Of a stretch of 64,000 bases of DNA, positions 9,416 through 18,634 are shown piece after piece. Both the position numbers and the translations under genes were made by a program. The stretch is from Chthoniobacterales bacterium (GTDB lineage Bacteria; Verrucomicrobiota; Verrucomicrobiia; Chthoniobacterales; Chthoniobacteraceae), in NCBI GenBank assembly GCA_038207335.1, contig JBBQZX010000014.1:32001-96000 (forward strand), read 5' to 3'. The notes below the pieces were generated by a model, which was not told where the DNA came from, searched no databases, and was given only the letters and a program-made list of their open reading frames with translations. Each line of letters starts with the position of its first letter. Positions within the stretch are counted from its first letter, which is position 1.

Positions 9416-12400
9416 ATGAAATCATTTTTGGATCACTTCCGACGCAAGGACTCCGATGAGGAGCCGGGCGGGCAGGAAAAGGGCGCCAAGAAGCCGGGCG
9501 AAGCGACCAAGGAACGGGCAGCAGCATACGCCGCGGAACTGAGACAGCGGGAGGAATTCAAGGCAGCGAGCAAACGTGACGAGGAGACAGAAGACGATCG
9601 ATCCGGCGCCGCGAACGCCGAGGAGACGAATCCCGGCGCGATGGTGCGCTTCGAACTCGGCGATTTTCTGCCTCGGATTCCGCCGCATCTGATGAAGGAT
9701 CAGCCGCACGATCCGAAGATCGAAATTGAATTCGAAGCGGCGGATATTGCGGAATGGATCGTGCGCAGCAAGACGACGATTCCGCTCGCCGAGCTCTACA
9801 AGCGAGCGCCCGGCATCTTTCGTGGCGAGGTGCGCGAGGAGGACAAGATCGAAGTTCGCTTCCCGTGGCAGAAACTCATGGGCGCTGTGGCGGCGGCGCG
9901 CACGCCGGATGGCAGCCCATCGATCAGCGCGGGAGCTGCGGAACTCCTGGCGCAGACCCTGCGTCGGCGCATTGCGGCGGTTGGAACCGGGGCCTTGGGG
10001 ACCCCCGGTGCGCCGGCGTTGCAGCCCGTTTTTCCGAGCCAGGAGAAACCATCGAACGCCTCGGGACGGACGCGAGCCTCGGGCAAACGTCAGCCTTCGT
10101 GGTACAGCAAGGGATCAGCGGATAAGGGCGACACGCCTCCCGTCGCCGAGCCGCAGCCGACAGTGCCGGAAGCCACGCAGGCAGCTCCGGCTCAAATGGA
10201 GCTTTTGACCACCCCGAAACCAGACGCGCCCACGGAGAGCGCAGGCATTCGCAAGAACGCCGAGCGCGACCTTGCCGCAACCAGGGAGATCCATACGCAG
10301 CAGCTCGCCGCCGCGGAAAACGAAAAGCGCGAATTGGCAGACGCGCGCGACAAGGCGATGGCGGAGCTCGACCGCGCGCGGCAGGAAATCGAGGCGAAAG
10401 TCGCGGAGATCGAAGCCCACAAAAAGGCGATGACCGACACGAGCGAGGCGGTATCGAAGAGCAGCGGTGAGCAGGAGAAATTGCAAACGGAGCTCGAGGC
10501 GCACGCGGTGAAACTCGCGGCTTCGCAGACCGAGTTGGAAAACTTTCGCCGTGAAATGGATCAGAAAATCTCGGCACTGTCGCAGGAGCGCGACACGCTC
10601 GCGCAGCAGCGGCAAAATCTGAGCGAGCAACTCACGCAGGTGCGCCACGGGCAGGCGGGGCTGGCGTCCGAGAAGTCCGGCGAGCGCTCGAAAAAGGAAT
10701 ATCAGCGCCAGATCGACGAACTGCAGCGGCGCATCGCGGCGTTTGAAAACAATCAGCGCAATGCCGCGCACGACCTCGGCAAGGAGCGCGAGACGCGCAT
10801 CAAAGTGGAGCGTTCGCTGGCCGCCGCGGAACGCGCGCGTGCGGAATCCACCGCGCTCGTCGAGAGCATGCGCGCCGAGACACGGCGCGAGCTGGAATCG
10901 GGGCTGCGTAAACGCGAAGCCGACCACGCCCGCGCACTGCAGGAGTCACAACAGGAACTGGATGCGCTCAACGAAGCGCACGAAAAGGCAAAGAAAGAAC
11001 GCGACCAATACCTCGCCAGAATCGAGGAGCTGCAACAGGCCGCGAACGCCGAGCGGGAGAAGCTTTCCGGGCGAATCACCGAACTGGAAACTGCCGCTGC
11101 CGCGCCGCCTGACACGTCGTGGGAATCGCGCGCCGTCGAGAGCCTCGAAAGCGACATCGCGGACTACCGCACGCGCATCAAGACGCTGATTCAGGAGCGC
11201 GAGGCGTGGGATCAGGAGCGGGAGAAGCTGGCAGAGGAAATCGCGAAACATCCCGCACGCGAGGTCGATCTCAGCAAGCTGCACGAAACCGAAGCGGCGA
11301 ATGAAAAGCTGAAAGCCGACCTCGAAGCCGCGGCCGGCGAGCGAAATCATCTCGCGGAGAAATTGCGCGGCAACGAGCAGCGGCTGGCAAGAGCGGAGCA
11401 GGCGCTCGCGCGGCTCGACGCGCTCACGAAAGAACGCGACGACTCCGCCGGGGAGATCACGCGCGTGAAGTCGCTCCTCGCGCAAATCGGTGCGGATCAT
11501 CAACTCCATCTCGCGGGTTTACAACAAAGGCACGACTCCATTCTTCACGAGAAAAGCGAGTCCATTCGAATCCTCGAAGACCTGAAGCACACCCAAGCCG
11601 GCGAGTTGCAAGCGCTTGCGGCGGCCGGGGCGGCAAACGAAAAAGAGATCGGCGATCTGCGCGCAGAACTCGAGAAAGCGAACGCAGACCGCGAGGAGGC
11701 GATCAAGAGAGCGCTCGCATCCACGAATGAACTCGAGGCGAAAAGCCAGCGACTGGCGCGCGAACTCGATGCCGCGAAAGGCAGCCACGAAGCCGCAATC
11801 TCTGGCGTTCGTCGCGAACTGGAACTCGCGCACTCCAACAATGAAGCGCTGCGTGAACGCACTGAATCGCAGCTTGCGGAACTCGAAGCTGCTCGTGCGA
11901 ACGCTGAGAACGCTTCCGCGCAATCCGCAGAATTCAAAGGCCGGCATGAAAAACTGCGCGGGGAATCGGATGCCGCCGTCGCTGTTCTCGCAACAGCGAC
12001 CGAGCAGGTCCGCTTACTCGAAGGCGAACGCGATTCGCTCAATAGCCAACTAACCTCCGCCCGGGACGAAGTGGCGAAGCACGTTGCCGAATTGCGCACC
12101 GCTCAGGAGAGCTTTTCCGCACAGCTCGCCTCGACCGATGAAAGACATCGGCATGCGCTCGCCGGCATCACCGCGGAGCGTGAGCGCTTTCGCGCTGAAG
12201 CCGAGACGCGGGCGCAGGAGATCGAAACGCTCACCACGTCCCAATCAGCAGCGGAGCAAGAGCGTGAGAGACTTTCCAGCGAACTCGAGCAGTCCAAGGC
12301 GACACTCCAGCATGAGCGGGAAGCCGCTGCCACCGAGCGGGCTGCTATCGCAGACTCGGCCCACAAGGCCGTCTCCGCGCTCCAGCAAGAACTCGACGCC

Positions 12401-14104
12401 GCACGGAAAAATCTGGATGCGCAAGCCTCGGAACGCGGGCGTGCCGAGTCGGAATTTGCGGAGGGAAAAGCCGCGGCGGAGAAGCGTATCGCCGAACTCA
12501 CCGATGCCCGCGACGCACTCGTGCGCGAACTTTCGGAAAAAAGGGAATCCAGCGAAAAGCGCATCGGCGAACTGAAAGAGGAACTTCATTCCGCAAATGA
12601 AGGACGCGACGCACTGGAGAAGTCTCGGGATGCGCTCGCCGCGGAATTTCAAGAAGTCTCGCGCGCAGGTGAAGCAAAGCACGAAGACCTTCGGGTGGCG
12701 CATGGCCGACTCGCCGGAGAGTTCGATTCGGCGAAAGAGGCGCATCGGATCGCCGCAGCGAATCTCACGCAGGAGCGCGACGCTCTCCGTGACGAGGCGA
12801 CCCGTCTTGCCGCGGCAGTTGCCAGCACCGAAGCCGCTCATCGCGAGCAACTCGCATCTTTGCACGCAAAGCACGATGCGCTGAGCAACGAACGCGCGGC
12901 CAATGCCGCGACGCATGCCGATGCGATCCGGCGCCTGGAGGACGACCTCGCGGCGGCGAGGAAAGAAGCCGCCAACCTCAACGCACAGCTCTTTCTCGCG
13001 AACGACGATGCGAAGCAGCAAATTGCGGCTGCCCAAGGCGAATGCGAGAAGCTGGCGAGCACTCTCGCAGGCGCGCAGGCCGAGCGCGGCACCACTGAGG
13101 AGAAATTCAATGCGGCGCTCCTCGAGCACGAGACTGCGAATGCGGCTTTAATCTCGAAACTCGACGCCACGACATCGGCGCACGCAGCCGAGATCGCAGC
13201 TCTCCGCGAAGGGGTCGAAAGATCGAAGTCCGCGGCGGCAAACGACAAGGCTGCAGCTGCTGAGACCCTTGCCCGGGAACGCGCCGAACGCGCATCGATC
13301 GAGGAAAAACTCCATGCGGCGGCCGTCGAACACGAAGCTGCAAATGCAGCGCGTGAGATGAGGCTCGCTGCCTTAACCTCGGAGTTCGACGCTGCGAAAA
13401 CCGCGCACGCTGCCGAGTTGGAGGCGCACCACGAAGCCGAGGCGAAGGCAATATCCACGGCTGCAAGCGACAAATCCGGAGCCATCGAGAAGCTCACTCG
13501 CGAGCGCGACGCCGCGCTCGCGGCAGTGACGTCGGACTATGCCCGCGCGCGCGCCGAGCACGGCGCAGCGGAGGAAAAACTCAAGGCCGCGACCACTGAA
13601 CTCGAAGCCGCGAAGGAGGCGCATCAGGCGCAGGGCGCGGTGTTCGCGCGTGAATTCAAAGTCACCGTCCGCCAGCGCGACGATGCTCTCTCCGCCCTGC
13701 AATCCGAGCGAAACGCCGCTGCGGAAAAGGCGGAGGCGCTCGCGAGGGATCGCGCCGCGCTTCAGCGCGCGGAAGCCGAACTGGCTTCCCGATTCGATCG
13801 CGAAAGTGCTAAGCTACGCCGCGAGCGTGACGCCGTCACGCAGCAACGCGACGAACTGCGCGAGCGCCTGACGAAAATCGTCGATCACCAGCGCGCGATG
13901 CTCGACGAGATCGGCGGACAGCCGGCTCGCGTGAAGTCCACACCCGCGCCCGTGTCAGCGTCCACGCACGAACCTGACGATTTCGCGGAAGACGTAATCG
14001 AACTCGCCGCAGCGGAAGTCATCCCAACCCGCAACGATTCGAGCATCAGCCTCCCGAGAGTCCGGCCCGTTCCGATTCCGCCGCCACAGATTCGACCGCA
14101 CTAA
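9416..14104 (+). CDS. Very large coiled-coil protein, 1562 aa, with a small N-terminal globular domain and Pro-rich linker and tail
   Basis: About 1200 aa of A/E/L/R/K-rich heptad-like sequence with almost no Pro; no Walker motifs, TM segment or signal peptide. Confidence 0.85.
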   Translation: MKSFLDHFRRKDSDEEPGGQEKGAKKPGEATKERAAAYAAELRQREEFKAASKRDEETEDDRSGAANAEETNPGAMVRFELGDFLPRIPPHLMKDQPHDPKIEIEFEAADIAEWIVRSKTTIPLAELYKRAPGIFRGEVREEDKIEVRFPWQKLMGAVAAARTPDGSPSISAGAAELLAQTLRRRIAAVGTGALGTPGAPALQPVFPSQEKPSNASGRTRASGKRQPSWYSKGSADKGDTPPVAEPQPTVPEATQAAPAQMELLTTPKPDAPTESAGIRKNAERDLAATREIHTQQLAAAENEKRELADARDKAMAELDRARQEIEAKVAEIEAHKKAMTDTSEAVSKSSGEQEKLQTELEAHAVKLAASQTELENFRREMDQKISALSQERDTLAQQRQNLSEQLTQVRHGQAGLASEKSGERSKKEYQRQIDELQRRIAAFENNQRNAAHDLGKERETRIKVERSLAAAERARAESTALVESMRAETRRELESGLRKREADHARALQESQQELDALNEAHEKAKKERDQYLARIEELQQAANAEREKLSGRITELETAAAAPPDTSWESRAVESLESDIADYRTRIKTLIQEREAWDQEREKLAEEIAKHPAREVDLSKLHETEAANEKLKADLEAAAGERNHLAEKLRGNEQRLARAEQALARLDALTKERDDSAGEITRVKSLLAQIGADHQLHLAGLQQRHDSILHEKSESIRILEDLKHTQAGELQALAAAGAANEKEIGDLRAELEKANADREEAIKRALASTNELEAKSQRLARELDAAKGSHEAAISGVRRELELAHSNNEALRERTESQLAELEAARANAENASAQSAEFKGRHEKLRGESDAAVAVLATATEQVRLLEGERDSLNSQLTSARDEVAKHVAELRTAQESFSAQLASTDERHRHALAGITAERERFRAEAETRAQEIETLTTSQSAAEQERERLSSELEQSKATLQHEREAAATERAAIADSAHKAVSALQQELDAARKNLDAQASERGRAESEFAEGKAAAEKRIAELTDARDALVRELSEKRESSEKRIGELKEELHSANEGRDALEKSRDALAAEFQEVSRAGEAKHEDLRVAHGRLAGEFDSAKEAHRIAAANLTQERDALRDEATRLAAAVASTEAAHREQLASLHAKHDALSNERAANAATHADAIRRLEDDLAAARKEAANLNAQLFLANDDAKQQIAAAQGECEKLASTLAGAQAERGTTEEKFNAALLEHETANAALISKLDATTSAHAAEIAALREGVERSKSAAANDKAAAAETLARERAERASIEEKLHAAAVEHEAANAAREMRLAALTSEFDAAKTAHAAELEAHHEAEAKAISTAASDKSGAIEKLTRERDAALAAVTSDYARARAEHGAAEEKLKAATTELEAAKEAHQAQGAVFAREFKVTVRQRDDALSALQSERNAAAEKAEALARDRAALQRAEAELASRFDRESAKLRRERDAVTQQRDELRERLTKIVDHQRAMLDEIGGQPARVKSTPAPVSASTHEPDDFAEDVIELAAAEVIPTRNDSSISLPRVRPVPIPPPQIRPH

Positions 14105-14198
14105 GCGGTCCTCTGCAGCGCACGCGCTGGCCCCTGTCCACCGATTGGGTGTTTCATTGCGCTCGACCTAGCGCGCGCGCCCCGCGAATTTACCGCGC

Positions 14199-14498
14199 AT
14201 GTTCTCACACGTCGTCATTTTTTGGACTCATCCCGACAACCCTTCCGCTCCGGACGAACTCATCGCGGGTGCCGAGAAATACCTTCGCCCGATACCCTGC
14301 GTCCGCCGTTTTCAGATCGGCAAAATGGTGTCAAGCCACCGAGACGTCGTGGATCAGAGCTATCAGGTCGCGCTCAGCCTCGAGTTCACTGACAAGCAGG
14401 AGCAGGACGACTACCAAGTCCACCCGCTGCATCTTCAGTTCGTCGAGAACGTATTCAAGCCGACCTGCCAGCGCGCGGTCATCTACGACTTCGCGTAG
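14199..14498 (+). CDS. Dabb family (stress-responsive A/B barrel) protein
   Basis: FSHVVIFW, L..IP.V, YQVHPLH..FV, YDF. Confidence 0.88.
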   Translation: MFSHVVIFWTHPDNPSAPDELIAGAEKYLRPIPCVRRFQIGKMVSSHRDVVDQSYQVALSLEFTDKQEQDDYQVHPLHLQFVENVFKPTCQRAVIYDFA

Positions 14499-15022
14499 CC
14501 GCCCGGACGGATCAGGCGTTGGCCAGCGGTTCCATGTGAATTCGAGTCGCTGACGGCATTGCCAACGTTTCCCGCTGCGTCGCCATCCCCATCGATTTCG
14601 ACTTCGATTCCCCGTGCACGCAGAGCGGCACAGCAAATCGCCACGGGAGCGCTGATCGCCGCAACCGGTTCCGATCCGTCAAAGGCCGCGAACCATTTCC
14701 CCTCCGCACGCCGCACATGCAGCGGGCGGTCGAAACAGGCAACAGCATCCCAAGCAACGGAGATGTCGGAGGAGTAGCAGCGAAACTCTTCAACCTCCTG
14801 CAACATAAACGCTCCCTCGACCACTGACTCGCGGACGTGCTCGCGGAGATGCGGATCATGAAACGCATCGAGGGCTTCCTCCACCGAATCGAAGCGAAAA
14901 TTTCGTCCCGAATCCTCCCAATGCACCTCGGGACGCTCCTGCGTGATATGCTTGCCGATGAGTGCATCGAGCTTTTCCAAAGCCCGAATCCTGACTCGAA
15001 TTGGTGATCCATCCGTCCTCAT
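14483..15022 (-). CDS. Hypothetical protein with a phage ABA-sandwich (BC1872-like) signature
   Basis: LDALIGKHI, YSSDISVAWDAV and APVAICCAAL match the YSTdI.aAW.VV...AplAIC.AAL pattern as recalled. Confidence 0.55.
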   Translation of the reverse strand: MRTDGSPIRVRIRALEKLDALIGKHITQERPEVHWEDSGRNFRFDSVEEALDAFHDPHLREHVRESVVEGAFMLQEVEEFRCYSSDISVAWDAVACFDRPLHVRRAEGKWFAAFDGSEPVAAISAPVAICCAALRARGIEVEIDGDGDAAGNVGNAVSDSNSHGTAGQRLIRPGGYAKS

Positions 15023-15119
15023 AAAGGTTCGACTTTCCTGATTCGTAGCTCTGGGAATCGGCGGATGGAAGATATTTCAATCAGGGTATTTGAACGGGAA
15101 ACCCTCACTCGCCGCTTTT

Positions 15120-16262
15120 CTATCGGCGACTGAGGCGAAGGAACAGCCAACCGCCGAGGCCGATAAAGAGGACGTTTGGGAACCAAATGAGATACTCGGG
15201 ATAGACGCGCGGGTTTCCACGAGCGGTATTCGCGAGGATGATGAAAAGAAAATAGACGAACGCGACCAGCAGGCTGAAAAGAAAACCAATCGACGTTTCC
15301 TTTCGATGGGCGGTGATCGCGAGCGGCACTCCGATCAGCGCGAAGGCGAACGAGGCCATCGAGAATGAAAAGCGTTTGCTGACCTCGGTGCGCGCGGATG
15401 AGCGCTCGGAGTCCTGCTGCTTGCGGTCCTTCGCGGTCGTCGCCACGGAGTGCTCTTCGCGAAGGCGATCCATCAGTTCGTTCACGGTCATCGTGCCTAT
15501 GCCGCGGCTCTTCTTTTTCTTTTCGTAGAGCTCCTCAAGCGAGATCGGGAAGGTCGTCTCCTGCGCGATGATTCCCTGGCGGATTTTGAGAAAATTGACG
15601 GGCTCCGCATCGTCGCGCTGTTCGAAGCGCGCGTCGAAAAGGTGCAGAAGCAGCCGGTTGTTCTCGTGGTCAGTTTCGAGCAGGCCGCGCCGCGCGAAAA
15701 CGACTTTCATCGGATGAGATTCGTCGTCCATTTCATAGACGAGGATGTTGTGAAGCTCGGGCCCCTCGTTGCTCTCGACGTAGATTTTCCGGCCGGGGAA
15801 ATCGTCGATGACTTTGTCGCTGCCGAACATCGCGAGCGGGTTGCTCGTCGCGATGTTGAAAAGCGCGTTCTTCATCTCCACCTGCGCGCGCGGCGCGATA
15901 TCGACATTGATCCAGAGGCAGATGCCGGTGCAGACGATCGAGAGGACGAAAACCCACAGGCAGACGCGAGGAACGCTGACCCCATTTGAGCGGAGCGCGA
16001 TGAGTTCGTTCTCGGCCGACATTTTCCCGAAGACCAAAAGCACCGCGGTGAGGAAGCCCCACGGGATCGTGAACGTGAGCGAAAACGGCAGGATATAGCC
16101 GATGAATGTGAGGATGAATTCGATCGGGACGCTGTGGTTGACGAGGAGGTCGAGGAGTTGCTTAAAGACGTTTCCGAGCACGAGCACGACGCTGAGGATC
16201 GCGACGGCGAACGAGGCGGTGACAATGATTTGCCGAGTGACGTAGCGGTCGAGGAGCTTCAC
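15120..16262 (-). CDS. LptF/LptG family LPS export permease
   Basis: LLDRYV start, ENELIALRSNGVS, FALIGVPLA, WFPN; three-TM + periplasmic + three-TM layout. Confidence 0.92.
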   Translation of the reverse strand: MKLLDRYVTRQIIVTASFAVAILSVVLVLGNVFKQLLDLLVNHSVPIEFILTFIGYILPFSLTFTIPWGFLTAVLLVFGKMSAENELIALRSNGVSVPRVCLWVFVLSIVCTGICLWINVDIAPRAQVEMKNALFNIATSNPLAMFGSDKVIDDFPGRKIYVESNEGPELHNILVYEMDDESHPMKVVFARRGLLETDHENNRLLLHLFDARFEQRDDAEPVNFLKIRQGIIAQETTFPISLEELYEKKKKSRGIGTMTVNELMDRLREEHSVATTAKDRKQQDSERSSARTEVSKRFSFSMASFAFALIGVPLAITAHRKETSIGFLFSLLVAFVYFLFIILANTARGNPRVYPEYLIWFPNVLFIGLGGWLFLRLSRR

Positions 16263-16293
16263 AGGACGAGCGGGTCTGCGGTGAAAATCGAGG

Positions 16294-17865
16294 CTACTCG
16301 ACCGCGGCGATCTCCGCCGGGACTGTCTCGCGTGGCATCACCGTTGGTTGCATCGCAGGCGCAGCCATTTCTCCAAACCACGTTCGCCATCCTTCGGTGA
16401 GTTCGAGCCAAAGCCACTGCGCAAGCGCGCCGCCGACGCGCGGTAGATCCTTCGGGCTGATCGAAAAGCTCTGGAAAAGGTAGCGTCGCGAGCTGTTTGC
16501 CGCACCCCATTCGCGGCGGCGCCTCCGCTCGCGGGCAATCGCGGCGAGGCGGCGATTGTAAGTGCGCATCAGTGAGAAAACGGGACGTGAAACGGCGACG
16601 GAAAACGGCGGGATGCGCAACGCTTCCGCGCCGAATTTGAACGGCTGCGACACGATGCCGAGGTAATAAAGGCCGAGGTCGAGACGGAACGCTAGCCGCA
16701 TGAGATCGTACTCGCCGATGTATTCATACTTGCCGCGATAGATTGCCTCGAACCACCGCTGATAGCTCGTCGTGAAATCGATGTTGTGACGCGCGATCAA
16801 GTCGCCAAGCGGCTCGCCGCGCTGCTGCGCCACGATGAGCGCGACACTCGCGGTGACGCTGAACGCGATCCAATCCATCCCCGGGCTGTAGAGCGGATCG
16901 AGGAATGCGCCCGCATCGCCGACGATCGCGAAGCCATCTCCCGCGTAAGTCGTGCTGCTGTAAGGAAGCCGCCGCCGCCAGTGTGCGTCGCCCTCCGCGC
17001 ACTCCGCATCGGCCAGCATTTCGCGCGCAGCGGGATGCTGTGAGAGAAACTCGCGCATCCGATCCGCGAGTTTTCCATCGCCTTGCGGAAACTTCGCGAT
17101 CCGCTCGTCGAAGACCACGCCGACGCTGACATCGCCGCCTTTCAGCGGAATCCACCAGCTCCACCATCCGTCGCCGACGATGTGATTCGTCGCCGTATTC
17201 CGCAAGCCGTAGCACGCTGCCGACCACTCGGGAAATTTGCGCGCCAGCTCGCACCCGTCCCAATCCTTAACCCCGCTCCAGCGCCCCCACGCCGCCGAAG
17301 TCTGGTGCTCGTGATTCGCCCGCCACCAGCCCTCCTGCCGCGACAGCATCGCCGCGACGCCCGAGGCATCCACAACCCACCGGCACGTCACCCTGCTCGT
17401 CGCACCGCCCTCGCGCAGTGTCACGATTTGCTCGCCTCCGGCCTCCAGCGTCACGCCGGTCACCTGCGCAGGCCGCCGCAATTCCGCGCCCGCCTCCACC
17501 GCGCGGCGGAGCACCTCCTGATCGACGACCGACCGGTCGAGCTGCCACGACGGCAGCCGCACCTGATACTGCGGCCCGATCTCGCTCGCGTCCGCCAGCG
17601 TCCGCGTCTCCTCATTCGCGAACCAAAAGCGCATCCCCTGTTTCGTGAGCTGCGTCTCGTTGAAAAACTGCGCCAGCCCAAGCACGCGTCCGAGAAAAAA
17701 CGCGCTCACCTCCACGGTGGCTTCGCCAACCCGACGCCCGAATTTCTCAGACCGCTCCACGACCAGCACGCGCAGCTCCGGGCATTCGCGTCGCAGCAAA
17801 ATCGCGGACGACGCGCCCGAGAGCGAGCCGCCGATAATCACCACGTCGTAGTCGAAAGAAGGCAT
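16294..17865 (-). CDS. Flavin-dependent halogenase-like oxidoreductase 1 (long form, 523 aa)
   Basis: IGGSLSG (variant FAD motif), VGEATVE, LTKQGMRFWF, QLDRS, VDASG, WSWWIPL, GDAGAFLDPLYSPG. Confidence 0.82.
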   Translation of the reverse strand: MPSFDYDVVIIGGSLSGASSAILLRRECPELRVLVVERSEKFGRRVGEATVEVSAFFLGRVLGLAQFFNETQLTKQGMRFWFANEETRTLADASEIGPQYQVRLPSWQLDRSVVDQEVLRRAVEAGAELRRPAQVTGVTLEAGGEQIVTLREGGATSRVTCRWVVDASGVAAMLSRQEGWWRANHEHQTSAAWGRWSGVKDWDGCELARKFPEWSAACYGLRNTATNHIVGDGWWSWWIPLKGGDVSVGVVFDERIAKFPQGDGKLADRMREFLSQHPAAREMLADAECAEGDAHWRRRLPYSSTTYAGDGFAIVGDAGAFLDPLYSPGMDWIAFSVTASVALIVAQQRGEPLGDLIARHNIDFTTSYQRWFEAIYRGKYEYIGEYDLMRLAFRLDLGLYYLGIVSQPFKFGAEALRIPPFSVAVSRPVFSLMRTYNRRLAAIARERRRRREWGAANSSRRYLFQSFSISPKDLPRVGGALAQWLWLELTEGWRTWFGEMAAPAMQPTVMPRETVPAEIAAVE

Positions 17866-17977
17866 GAATTTGAACCGATGAAAATGCCCGACCTACGCGG
17901 CGCGCACAAGTCAATCGGCGCGTGAAATTCATTGCCACTCCGAAACGCCGCGCACGAAGCTCCGCCTCCCAAAATTC

Positions 17978-18634
17978 ATGCGTCCCCTGCTCTTTTCACT
18001 CACGCTGCTCGCCACACTTTCGCTCCGTGCCGCGCAGCCGCCCGACCTCACGCCGGTCAAAAAATGGATCGCGCGGCAGGATGATTTTCACGCTGTCTCC
18101 GCGGATTTCACGCAGACCCGCGCGCTGCGTGCGCTGCGCGATCCGCTGAAGAGCCCGGGCCATTTGTGGTTCTCCGAGCCCGACTCCTTTCGCTGGGAGC
18201 TTGGCGATCCCGTGAAGACGATCGTCCTGAGAAAAGGCGACGATGTCTTCGTCATCACGCCCGCGAAAAAGCGCGCCGAGCGGCACCCCGCAAATGGCCG
18301 GCAGGACGGCATCCAAAGCATGGCCACGATGAGCTTCCAGCTCGCGAAGGACTTCGCCGAATTTCAGCGCAAATACGAAACGCTCGAGGTCTCCGCGGAG
18401 GGAAATCGCTGCCACCTCGAGATCGCGCCGCGCGACCCGCAAACGCGCAAATTCCTCTCCAAAATCCAGATCGACTTCGACACCGCGAGCGGCGAGATGC
18501 TCGCCTTCGAGGTCCTAACGCGCGACGGTTCGTCGATGCGGAATGAATTTTCCAACGTCCGAGTGAACCCGAAACTCGACCGGCGCGTGTTCGATTTCGA
18601 CTTCACCGGATACGACATCGTCGATGCGAAATAA
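17978..18634 (+). CDS. LolA-like outer-membrane lipoprotein/lipid carrier 1
   Basis: Signal peptide; SADFTQTR, G.LWFSEPDSFRWE, FSNVRVNP..D..VFDF. Confidence 0.82.
   Translation: MRPLLFSLTLLATLSLRAAQPPDLTPVKKWIARQDDFHAVSADFTQTRALRALRDPLKSPGHLWFSEPDSFRWELGDPVKTIVLRKGDDVFVITPAKKRAERHPANGRQDGIQSMATMSFQLAKDFAEFQRKYETLEVSAEGNRCHLEIAPRDPQTRKFLSKIQIDFDTASGEMLAFEVLTRDGSSMRNEFSNVRVNPKLDRRVFDFDFTGYDIVDAK

Noticed and set aside
9416..14104. SMC/SbcC or phage tape-measure assignment for the giant coiled-coil protein
   Set aside because: No Walker A/B, hinge or signature motifs, and no phage context
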